From the IMG/VR virus record IMGVR_UViG_3300027782_000042: 64,000 bases of DNA; one strand, given 5' to 3'. Shown piece by piece: positions 55,857 to 64,000 of this stretch. The notes under the pieces were generated by a model that searched no databases, was not told the origin of the DNA, and saw only the letters and a list, made by a program, of their open reading frames with translations. The translations under genes and the position numbers were made by a program. Source of the stretch: an uncultured virus (IMG/VR IMGVR_UViG_3300027782_000042) (taxonomy: Duplodnaviria > Heunggongvirae > Uroviricota > Caudoviricetes). Each line of letters starts with the position of its first letter. Position 1 is the first letter of the stretch.

Positions 55857-55923
55857 AATAATTAATTTTCATTATAAATATATCTCACTTTGAAAAGTAA
55901 AGAGTTAGGACATATTTATTGAT

Positions 55924-57543
55924 ATGAAATATCGTTTAAGAATAAAAATAACATTAGTTATCGCCGCTTTACTAATGATTGCATTTATGTGTGTTAAAAT
56001 TGCGGTTCTTATTGGGTTACGAGAATCTACAGAAACAACTAGATGGCTAGAATTTTTTGGGGTTATTTCTCTCATCCCTATATCTGCGTTATTAATTAAA
56101 GACTTTATCAATTCCACTAAAGATACTGTATCTAAAGAATCGGTGGATAAATTGGTAGAATTAGAACATTTCTTAAATTCTTCTTCCATCATATCTAAAG
56201 CTGATGCAAAAGGAAAGATTACATACGTTAATCAAAAATTTACCGAAATCTCAGGTTATTCATTAGAAGATGTTCTTGGTAAAGACCACAATATTGTAAA
56301 TTCTGGAACACACCCAAAAGAGTTTTGGTCTAATATGTATAAAACTGTTGTTGTGAATAAGGGTCTTTGGAATGAGGTTTGTGTCAATAGGGCAAAAGAT
56401 GGAAGTCTTTATTATGTGGATACTTTTATTAAATGTAGTTTTGATGAAAACGGTAAATTGTTAGAGTTTATGTCAATTCGTCAAGACTTAACTTCTTTAA
56501 AAAAGACTGAACAAGAAATATCAAATAGAATGAATGCGATTAACAGATCAAATGCCGTTATTGAATTTGATTTAGATGGTAACATAAAATTTGCAAATGA
56601 TTTATTTTTAAGTACTTTAGGTTATGATTCGCACGATGAACTTGTTGGAAAACATCATAGTATATTTGTTGAAGATGTGGTAAAAGACTCTGAAGAATAT
56701 TCAAACTTTTGGAAAACTTTAAAAGGTGGTCAATTCTTTATGGGTGAAATCATTAGAAAGAAAAAAAACGGATCTTTAATTTATCTCCAAGCGACATATA
56801 ACCCCATCATAGGAACCGATGGGAAACCATATAGAGTAATGAAAATCGCCACTGACATCACCCAAAGTATTAATCAACAAATGGAGATTGAAAAGAAAAA
56901 TACCTATTTAGAGCATGCCGCAAAGATATTAAGACACGATATGCACTCTGGTATTAATACATATATGCCAAGAGGATTAAGCTCTTTAGAACGAAGATTA
57001 ACTCCTGAAGATATAAAAAATTTAAAAATAGAATCCCCACTTAGAATGATTAAAGAAGGTTTAAAACATTCTCAAAAAGTATATAAAGGGGTTTACGAAT
57101 TTACCAATTTGGTTAAAAAAGATGTTGTTTTAAATAAAGCGGAATGTGATTTAAAATTAATCCTATCTGATTATCTATCATCTACTGCATATATTAGTCA
57201 AGTTATTATAGATGAGTTACCAACTATTGAGGTAAACGAAGCACTATTTTGTACTGCGGTTGATAACTTGATTAGAAACGGTTTAAAGTATAATGATTCG
57301 GATTCTAAATTTGTTAAAATAACTTCAGACGAGAATTATGTTTACATTCAAGATAATGGTAGAGGAATCACACAAGAAGATTTTGACCACCTATGTAAAC
57401 CATATACAAGAAAAGAAGGACAAAAAGAATCTGGTACTGGTTTGGGATTAAATATTTGCGTTGCTATTTTAGAAGAACACGGGTTTAATATTACCTGTGA
57501 GAAAAATGAAATAGGAACAAAAATAAAAATAAAAATAAAATAA
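55924..57543 (+). CDS. membrane-bound PAS-PAS sensor histidine kinase
   Basis: 2 TM helices, two PAS/PAC, ILRHDM H-box, NLIRNGLKY, DNGRGI, GTGLGL. Confidence 0.9.
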   Translation: MKYRLRIKITLVIAALLMIAFMCVKIAVLIGLRESTETTRWLEFFGVISLIPISALLIKDFINSTKDTVSKESVDKLVELEHFLNSSSIISKADAKGKITYVNQKFTEISGYSLEDVLGKDHNIVNSGTHPKEFWSNMYKTVVVNKGLWNEVCVNRAKDGSLYYVDTFIKCSFDENGKLLEFMSIRQDLTSLKKTEQEISNRMNAINRSNAVIEFDLDGNIKFANDLFLSTLGYDSHDELVGKHHSIFVEDVVKDSEEYSNFWKTLKGGQFFMGEIIRKKKNGSLIYLQATYNPIIGTDGKPYRVMKIATDITQSINQQMEIEKKNTYLEHAAKILRHDMHSGINTYMPRGLSSLERRLTPEDIKNLKIESPLRMIKEGLKHSQKVYKGVYEFTNLVKKDVVLNKAECDLKLILSDYLSSTAYISQVIIDELPTIEVNEALFCTAVDNLIRNGLKYNDSDSKFVKITSDENYVYIQDNGRGITQEDFDHLCKPYTRKEGQKESGTGLGLNICVAILEEHGFNITCEKNEIGTKIKIKIK

Positions 57544-57561
57544 AAAACAAAAAAGAAAAAA

Positions 57562-57999
57562 ATGATTGATTCAATTTTATTAGTAGATGATGAGGATTTA
57601 TTCCATTTGGTATTTGAAGACGCTTGTTCGTTACTTGACATAAGTTTGTCTTTAAATGCGTTAAATAGTTCTGACGAGGCAGCAAAACTATTTCAAAAAT
57701 GGTTCCAGGATGGTGACAATAATGATAAACCTGAATGTGTGTTTGTTGACTTAAACATAATTGGTAGTTCTTTTGATGGTATAGAGTTAATTAGAAAAGT
57801 TAATTTTGAATATGGTAATCACGTAGTTATTGGTATCATATCATCATCAAACGAACCGGAAGAACAAGCAAAAGCGCTCCAGGCTGGTGCTCAATTCTGG
57901 ATTATTAAATCAGATGATATTGAACCTCGTTTAGAAGAGTTCAGAAAGGATTATGAGGGGTATAAAAATAGAACATTACCTTTTAAAGTATATAAATGA
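57562..57999 (+). CDS. single-domain response regulator
   Basis: ILLVDDE, VFVDLNI, DGIELI, SSS, GA..WIIK. Confidence 0.9.
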   Translation: MIDSILLVDDEDLFHLVFEDACSLLDISLSLNALNSSDEAAKLFQKWFQDGDNNDKPECVFVDLNIIGSSFDGIELIRKVNFEYGNHVVIGIISSSNEPEEQAKALQAGAQFWIIKSDDIEPRLEEFRKDYEGYKNRTLPFKVYK

Positions 58000-58670
58000 T
58001 AAAGTTAGATACAAATAGTGAAGAAAATTTAATTAAACTCTTTGATTCCAAAAATATTGGGATTGAGGGAAATATTATCAAGTTGTTTGAAACAGATAAT
58101 GATGAATTTAAATCATACTTAACTAAGTGTTCGGAGAAAGACAAAGATTCAAGACGTAAAAGATTGGAGATAACAAAAAAAATTCAAACGCAAAATAATG
58201 AGTTATCAAATCTAAATGTGGAAAATCAAAAAATGATGGAAGATCTTCAGTTAACATTAAAAGAAGCTGAGGAACAAAAAGAACAAATAGAAAAACAGAA
58301 CGAGGAATTGATGGATTGGAGAGTGGGGAATGAAAAAATCCAACAGGAACTTCAAAAAGAAATGATTAAATCTGAACAGGCTAGAATTCAGTCAGAAACG
58401 GCAAAAACAAACGCATTAAACGACTTGGATATACTCCAAAAAAGAAACCAAACAGAATTAATATCCAATATAGTAAAAGTTGCTCTTTATATTATTATTG
58501 GTGTTGGTATTGTTACCACAGGAGTGTATGTTTTTACTCTTATAATGGGTAAAGATACTCAAGTAATAAGTGCTACTTGGTCTAATATATTTGGGATACT
58601 TCTAACAAACGCCTTTTCAATAGTGGGAACTATTATGGGTATAAAATACGCAACAGAAAATAAACAATAA
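57996..58670 (+). CDS. coiled-coil protein with two C-terminal TM helices
   Basis: ORF track; overlaps RR stop. Confidence 0.75.
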   Translation: MIKLDTNSEENLIKLFDSKNIGIEGNIIKLFETDNDEFKSYLTKCSEKDKDSRRKRLEITKKIQTQNNELSNLNVENQKMMEDLQLTLKEAEEQKEQIEKQNEELMDWRVGNEKIQQELQKEMIKSEQARIQSETAKTNALNDLDILQKRNQTELISNIVKVALYIIIGVGIVTTGVYVFTLIMGKDTQVISATWSNIFGILLTNAFSIVGTIMGIKYATENKQ

Positions 58671-58682
58671 AATAAAAAATCT

Positions 58683-59507
58683 ATGTTATTAAAAAATGGA
58701 TCCAAAGGAGAGGATGTAAAAAAACTCCAAACAAAATTAGGACTTACTGCGGACGGATCATTTGGTCATGGAACAGAAAAAGCGGTAAAAGAATGGCAAT
58801 TATCTAATGGATTAACCTCAGATGGTATTGTTGGTGATGGTACTTGGTCTAAAATGTTCGGAACAACTCAGGTAGTTAAAGAAGATTTTGTAATTCCTTC
58901 AGGTGGACCATTAAACATTGAAAAATTAAAAGGTCATATTCCTGATGTTGTTATTGCCCAAATCCCTGAAACTGCAAAGAAATTTAATATCACAACCAAT
59001 CTTAGACTTGCTCACTTTTTATCACAGTGTGGACACGAGTCAGGAGGATTTAAGGCGGTGTCAGAAAATTTAAATTATTCTGCTGACGGATTAAAAAGAA
59101 CGTTTGGTAAATACTTTCCTGGTAACTTGGCCGAATCATACGCTAAACAACCTGAAAAGATCGCATCAAGGGTATATGCTAACCGTATGAGTAACGGAGA
59201 TGAGACATCAAAAGAAGGTTATAAATTTAGAGGTAGAGGTTACATACAATTAACAGGAAAAGGAAATTATACGAGTTTTACAAAATTTATTGGTGAGGAT
59301 TGTGTGTCAAATCCTGATCTTGTTGCGACCAAATATCCATTGGCTTCGGCAGCGTTCTTTTTTGACTCAAACAAACTTTGGTCAATATGTGATAAGGGGG
59401 CGGATGATGTCACAGTTACCGCAGTTACAAAACGAGTTAATGGTGGAACTATTGGATTACCTGATAGAATAAAACACTTCAAAGAGTACTATAACTTATT
59501 AAAGTGA
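58683..59507 (+). CDS. endolysin: PG-binding domain + glycoside hydrolase family 19
   Basis: LKNGSKGEDVKKLQ..DG.VG; AHFLSQCGHES, FRGRGYIQLTGK.NY, VTKRVNGG. Confidence 0.92.
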   Translation: MLLKNGSKGEDVKKLQTKLGLTADGSFGHGTEKAVKEWQLSNGLTSDGIVGDGTWSKMFGTTQVVKEDFVIPSGGPLNIEKLKGHIPDVVIAQIPETAKKFNITTNLRLAHFLSQCGHESGGFKAVSENLNYSADGLKRTFGKYFPGNLAESYAKQPEKIASRVYANRMSNGDETSKEGYKFRGRGYIQLTGKGNYTSFTKFIGEDCVSNPDLVATKYPLASAAFFFDSNKLWSICDKGADDVTVTAVTKRVNGGTIGLPDRIKHFKEYYNLLK

Positions 59508-59544
59508 TATTTATAATAAAATAAACTATAAAAAAATAAATTTT

Positions 59545-59712
59545 ATGAAATTATCTAAAGAACAAATTATGGGGATTATCAGACACGGATTAACATTCGT
59601 TGGTGGTATCTTTATAATGAAAGGACTTGCTAGTGAGTCAGTAGTAACCGAAATTATCGGTGGTGCAATGACATTAACAGGTGCCATTTGGTCTATTGTC
59701 GATAAAAAATAA
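59545..59712 (+). CDS. putative holin (two TM, 55 aa)
   Basis: read by hand MKLSKEQIMGIIRHGLTFVGG..GAIWSIVDKK next to endolysin. Confidence 0.7.
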   Translation: MKLSKEQIMGIIRHGLTFVGGIFIMKGLASESVVTEIIGGAMTLTGAIWSIVDKK

Positions 59713-59729
59713 ATTTAGTGGATAGACGT

Positions 59730-59757
59730 AAAACCCTCAAATTTTTTGGGGGTTTTT
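59730..59757 (+). terminator. intrinsic terminator
   Basis: AAAACCCTCAA/TTGGGGGTTTT. Confidence 0.7.
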
Positions 59758-59794
59758 AATTTAACGTAATATTTATCATATAAATCAAATTAAT

Positions 59795-60448
59795 ATGAAG
59801 AAATTAATTTCAGAATCGGAAAAAACCAGAATTAGAAAAATGAATTCTATTGAGGAAGGTTGGTTTTCTGATGTTCTTGATACCATAAAAAAATCAGATA
59901 CGATAAAAGATATTAAGAAAAAATTTAAAGAATTAACTGGAGTTGATTTTGAAGAAAAAGAAAAGACAGGAGAAGTAACAAAAGAATATAAAAGTTACAA
60001 AATTGAAGATCCTTCAGACGAAGACATAAAATTCTACGAAAAAGTTTTAGAAAAAATAGACGCACCTATAACAAAGGAAAATATGGCGTTTTTTTATTCT
60101 TGGAGACAAGCCGAAGGGGCAAAATCTTCATACAATCCATTTAACACAACACAATCTATGCCTGAATCTACGTTTTGGAATTGTTTAAGTAAAAAAGAGG
60201 GTAAATGTCTTAGTGGTGTTAGAAATTATAAAAACGAAAAGGACGGTATTGAAGCAACCGTAAAAACATTGACAAATGGTAGATATGATTGTATTGTTAA
60301 TGGATTGAAAAAAAATAAAGGAGCAAAAGAGATTGCTCAATGTTCTAGTTTAGATACTTGGGGAACAAAAGACGGAATTAGTAAAGTTTTAAGTGTAGGA
60401 AAAATAACTCCACCTGAAATCTCAAGATCATTAGTTAAAAAAGTTTAA
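59795..60448 (+). CDS. lysozyme-like protein with propeptide
   Basis: WRQAEG..YNPFNT..GVRNY..GIEAT. Confidence 0.55.
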   Translation: MKKLISESEKTRIRKMNSIEEGWFSDVLDTIKKSDTIKDIKKKFKELTGVDFEEKEKTGEVTKEYKSYKIEDPSDEDIKFYEKVLEKIDAPITKENMAFFYSWRQAEGAKSSYNPFNTTQSMPESTFWNCLSKKEGKCLSGVRNYKNEKDGIEATVKTLTNGRYDCIVNGLKKNKGAKEIAQCSSLDTWGTKDGISKVLSVGKITPPEISRSLVKKV

Positions 60449-60453
60449 TAAAT

Positions 60454-61062
60454 ATGGAAAGTTATGTAGGAATTATAATAGCATTTATAACAGGAGTTGT
60501 TGGTCCCATATTACTTCTTTATATTAAAAAGAAATTAGAGAATAAAGAAAAACCGGATATGGTTAAAGACACATTGAGGGTTGCGGAGTTGGTAACAAAC
60601 AAAATAGAACATATTAAAGATGAATTTAATGCCGATAGAGTTTGGATAACTCAATTTCACAATGGAGGTAACTTCTACCCAACAGGTAAATCAATGGCTA
60701 AGTTTTCAATAATGTACGAAACAGTACATCCAGGAGTTCAATCCGTACAAACTAATTTTCATAATATTCCCGTAAATTTATTTTCAAAATCAATAAATCA
60801 ATTATTAAGTAATGATGTAATTGAGGTGTCCGACTTCAAAGATGAAACAATTGCAACATACGGATTAAAATACATTGCCGAAGACACGGGATGTAAATCA
60901 AGTTACTTATTTGCAATTAAAACAATTGATGATAGGTTTATAGGTACTTTAGGTCTTGATTACACAAAAAGAAAAACAAAACTTGACATTGAATCAATAA
61001 ATCATTTATTGGTTCATGCAACCTCTTTAGGTGGAGTTTTAATGACGCACTTACAACAATAA
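60454..61062 (+). CDS. N-terminal TM + GAF-like domain protein
   Basis: TM helix; FNADRVWI..FHNG, GCKSSYLFAI..FIGTLGLDY. Confidence 0.7.
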   Translation: MESYVGIIIAFITGVVGPILLLYIKKKLENKEKPDMVKDTLRVAELVTNKIEHIKDEFNADRVWITQFHNGGNFYPTGKSMAKFSIMYETVHPGVQSVQTNFHNIPVNLFSKSINQLLSNDVIEVSDFKDETIATYGLKYIAEDTGCKSSYLFAIKTIDDRFIGTLGLDYTKRKTKLDIESINHLLVHATSLGGVLMTHLQQ

Positions 61063-61098
61063 TTTTGTAAATACAATTAAAGTTCATATCTTTACGGT

Positions 61099-61581
61099 AT
61101 GAATATTTTCTTTTTAGATTTTGATACAAAAAAATGCGCTCAATATCATTGTGATAAACACGTTGTCAAGATGATATTAGAAACCGCACAACTTTTATGT
61201 GGGACTCACTGGGTAATTGGAAATGAGGCCCCATATAAATTATCCCACAAAAATCACCCATGTTCAATATGGGTTAGAGAGTCCCTCTCAAATTATCTTT
61301 ATTTATGTGATCTTGGTTTGGAGTTATGTAAAGAATACACTTATCGATATGGTAAAAGACACAAATCTCAGGATGTAATAGAATGGTGTTTAATAAATAA
61401 ACCAAATATCCACGATGTTGATTTTACATCCCCACCATTAGCGATGGGTGATGAATTTAAAATAGGAAACGATGTGATCGAATCATATAGAAATTATTAC
61501 CGAGAAGGAAAAAAACTTATCGTTAGTTGGAAAAACAGGGTTATTCCAAGTTGGTTTCAACCCGACGAAGTATTTATATGA
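61099..61581 (+). CDS. pyrimidine-dimer DNA glycosylase / endonuclease V family protein
   Basis: MNIF.LD, HCDKHVVKMILE.AQLL, HKNHPC..W, EY.YRYGK.H. Confidence 0.75.
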   Translation: MNIFFLDFDTKKCAQYHCDKHVVKMILETAQLLCGTHWVIGNEAPYKLSHKNHPCSIWVRESLSNYLYLCDLGLELCKEYTYRYGKRHKSQDVIEWCLINKPNIHDVDFTSPPLAMGDEFKIGNDVIESYRNYYREGKKLIVSWKNRVIPSWFQPDEVFI

Positions 61582-61592
61582 TAAAATCATAT

Positions 61593-63116
61593 ATGAAACA
61601 TTTTTTATCTGAAGAAATAAGAAGAATAAAAACATTAATGTCAATTAATGAATCAATAGATACTACGGCACCTAAATTTTCAACTAAAATATTTGATAAA
61701 GTGGATCCTACTTGGGGAGGAGGACCTAATTCACATGCCGCAAGACATCCAGACCCAACAGGAAAGGATTGGTGGAGTAATAACGCCTACGATATAATGG
61801 CACCTGAAGGTACACCTGTTTATTCAATATCCGATGGATATGTTGATAAAATTACAGATAACCCTCCCGGATTAAAATCTAGTGGAGGTAAAAGAATTTA
61901 TGGTGACAGTATTACCGTTAGGGGTAGTGGTGGTAATCCTGACGTTTTTTATACCCATATTACAAATATTGTTGTTGAGGATGGGGATCCTATTAAAAAA
62001 GGTCAATTACTTGCATATATCGTAAAGGGTGAGTTAGGAATTCCTGATCATGCACACGTTTCAGTTAAAGTTGGTGATGTTAAAGATTTCGTTGACGTAA
62101 ACGGTAATATTGAGGGTGTGGATAATAGTTTATTAGGTAATTTATCAATTACAACAAGTAAAGGTGAAGAAACCCCTATTGACACTAAAACAATAATGGG
62201 TACGGCAGCCGGATTAACCGCAGCCGCTCTAAGTTCTTTAGATATTAAAAGACCTGAATCGGATATAAGTGGTATTGCTTCAAGATTTGGTATTACAGAC
62301 GTTGATGTTAATACTGATTCCGTATCTGGAGTCTTAAATAAAATAATACTATCTTCAGAAGGTATCGGTACCGATGAAACTTCAATACATGATGCAATTA
62401 AAAAATTAAGTAGTTGTTATGAACTTGATGAACTAAATAAAATGGTTGAAAGAAAGGAAATTGATGGGAAAAAATATAAAGACGTATTTGATTACATTAA
62501 TAGTGAAATGAATTATGGAGATGAACTATTTGTTAAAAGTTTAGTTAAAACAATAAATAATATTTGTCCAAATACTGTAACAGATAAAGGGAACCAAATT
62601 TTACGTGTTAATAAAAGTATTTACGTAGGTGGAGGAATTGATAAAGTAGTTCCAATAAAACTTCTTAATGATTTAAAATCTTATGGTCTTTCAGATAATG
62701 CCGCCAAAGGAGTTGTTGCAAACGCTTTTGGTGAAAGTGTTTTTAACGTTAAGGCTAAAGGGGATTCAGGAAGTTACGGGGAAAGTTCAAATAGATCAAT
62801 AAACATTGATGGTAAAAAATACTGTTCTTTTGGTTTATGGCAATATAATATTTGTGGTGGAATGGGAGTTTCATTCTTGAAGAACTATAACGTAAATGTT
62901 GATACTTCTTCAGATGAAGAAAAATTAAGAATTTTATTTGATTATAATAAACAAGTTGAGTTTATGTCAAAAAGAATAAAAGAAGAACAAATTAACAGTG
63001 AGAAGGACGTAAGAACTTGGATAGATTGGATTGTTGATAATGTTGAGAGACCTTCAGATAGGACTTCCGCAAAAATAAAAAGGCAAGAATTTGCAAAACA
63101 ACAAGGATGGTCTTAA
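61593..63116 (+). CDS. M23 peptidase + annexin-like + tail-lysozyme-like multidomain protein with propeptide
   Basis: YDIMAPEGTPVY..YTH..DHAH; EGIGTDETSIHDAI; AAKGVVAN.FGES..SFGLWQ..VERP. Confidence 0.75.
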   Translation: MKHFLSEEIRRIKTLMSINESIDTTAPKFSTKIFDKVDPTWGGGPNSHAARHPDPTGKDWWSNNAYDIMAPEGTPVYSISDGYVDKITDNPPGLKSSGGKRIYGDSITVRGSGGNPDVFYTHITNIVVEDGDPIKKGQLLAYIVKGELGIPDHAHVSVKVGDVKDFVDVNGNIEGVDNSLLGNLSITTSKGEETPIDTKTIMGTAAGLTAAALSSLDIKRPESDISGIASRFGITDVDVNTDSVSGVLNKIILSSEGIGTDETSIHDAIKKLSSCYELDELNKMVERKEIDGKKYKDVFDYINSEMNYGDELFVKSLVKTINNICPNTVTDKGNQILRVNKSIYVGGGIDKVVPIKLLNDLKSYGLSDNAAKGVVANAFGESVFNVKAKGDSGSYGESSNRSINIDGKKYCSFGLWQYNICGGMGVSFLKNYNVNVDTSSDEEKLRILFDYNKQVEFMSKRIKEEQINSEKDVRTWIDWIVDNVERPSDRTSAKIKRQEFAKQQGWS

Positions 63117-63187
63117 TTTTTTTAATGACTTTGTTGACTGTTTAAAATATATGGTTTATAATTGTTGTATATTTAAAAACAAGAAAA

Positions 63188-63337
63188 ATGACAGAATTAG
63201 AAACACAAGTAATCGAGATCGAACTTTTTAGTTACCTTAACGATAAAGGTCAAAGACTTTTTACTCCAAATTTTGAATTTGCCGATGTTATGGCAAGAAA
63301 ATACGGGACGTTTAAAGTTTACGTAGAAAAATATTAA
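63188..63337 (+). CDS. small hypothetical protein (49 aa)
   Basis: read by hand MTELETQVIE...VYVEKY. Confidence 0.6.
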   Translation: MTELETQVIEIELFSYLNDKGQRLFTPNFEFADVMARKYGTFKVYVEKY

Positions 63338-63355
63338 AAAAAGTTCACAAAGTAC

Positions 63356-63471
63356 TTGACAAAACAAAACAAATGTCGTAACTTTGTAAAACAAATTTGG
63401 AAAACGTCCAAATAAGAAATAAAAAAAGTTTAGAAAAAATTTGGAAAATTCAAAAAGTATTCTTATCTTTG
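63356..63471 (+). promoter_or_regulatory. tandem Bacteroidota-type promoters (P1/P2-like)
   Basis: TTG...TAACTTTG (63379-86) and TTTG...TATCTTTG (63464-71), each followed by TAAAACAAAT and a short hairpin. Confidence 0.65.
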
Positions 63472-63498
63472 TAAAACAAATCGGAAAAGTCCGATAAC

Positions 63499-63511
63499 GT
63501 TCTTTGAAAAG
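63499..63511 (+). promoter_or_regulatory. boxA-like site
   Basis: GTTCTTTGAAAAG. Confidence 0.55.
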
Positions 63512-63514
63512 TTA

Positions 63515-64000
63515 GATATTATCCGTTCAGGATTAAGTTAAGAACCTTCGGGTTTAAGAATGAAACTGATAAAGATATTGGGCCGTGTATAGTCCATAAA
63601 ATAAACTACGAAAGTAGGATAAAGTGAACCCCCAAGTGTAACGGGTTTGCGTCTTAATGGTCTTCGGATCATTGAGGTCGAGTACACAGGCGAGATACCA
63701 TAAAATCTTTAGTACCGAGGCCAACGGTGTAGGGAAAGTGATTTTATGATGAGGTGATGTGGGTCATCTTGTTGAGGAGGGAACTCTAATAGGAATAACT
63801 CGTAGGGACGATGCAAGAATCAATATTTCCAATGTTGTTATTGCGGGTCTCAGTACGATAGGGTACTTAAAACCGAAAGGTATGACAACAAACAGGTGGT
63901 GCTGACATTGTCCTTGATAAACTTCTACCAAGGGGTTAATCTCGAAGTAATCTTGAAATATTGAAATGGGGACATTTCACGAGGCAGTTTGGTATTTTGT
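63515..64000 (+). ncRNA. large structured ncRNA (5' part; GOLLD/ROOL-class candidate)
   Basis: no ORF, raised GC, UUCG and GAAA tetraloop hairpins, rRNA-like promoter/boxA leader. Confidence 0.55.

Noticed and set aside
11728..57685. Short antisense or alternate-frame ORFs nested in long genes (e.g. 11728, 16553, 17588, 18221, 29450, 30098, 41184, 54501, 55905, 57348)
   Set aside because: Shadow ORFs of well-supported genes.
63515..64000. 16S/23S rRNA gene after rrn-like promoters
   Set aside because: No universal rRNA signatures (e.g. AGAGTTTGATC) recognised.

Overview
AT-rich, gene-dense segment of what looks like a large (jumbo/mega) tailed phage genome, standard genetic code. The host is most likely a Bacteroidota/Flavobacteria-like bacterium: TTTG..TAnnTTTG promoters, a T9SS type-B cargo protein, and Bacteroidota-style boxA sites. 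Layout: (i) 1-43 kb is mostly hypothetical ORFs, many sharing short N-terminal propeptides that end in I/L-x-E (likely head-targeted proteins), plus M23, NlpC/P60, FKBP, GMP reductase and flavodoxin genes and a ~2 kb repeat-rich non-coding region; (ii) a glycosyltransferase cluster; (iii) 46.9-54.2 kb holds two tRNA arrays that together cover all 20 amino acids, interleaved with tRNA-like RNAs, unknown structured RNAs and an ArfA-like peptide; (iv) a PAS two-component system next to a lysis cassette; (v) the start of a large structured ncRNA behind rRNA-like promoters. Headline observation: each tRNA array is preceded by a short leader ORF, an antiterminator segment and an intrinsic terminator, and each leader's codons match the anticodon content of its own downstream array. 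This suggests ribosome-stalling attenuators that switch on phage tRNA arrays when the matching tRNAs run short. All calls are by eye; no searches or folding programs were run.
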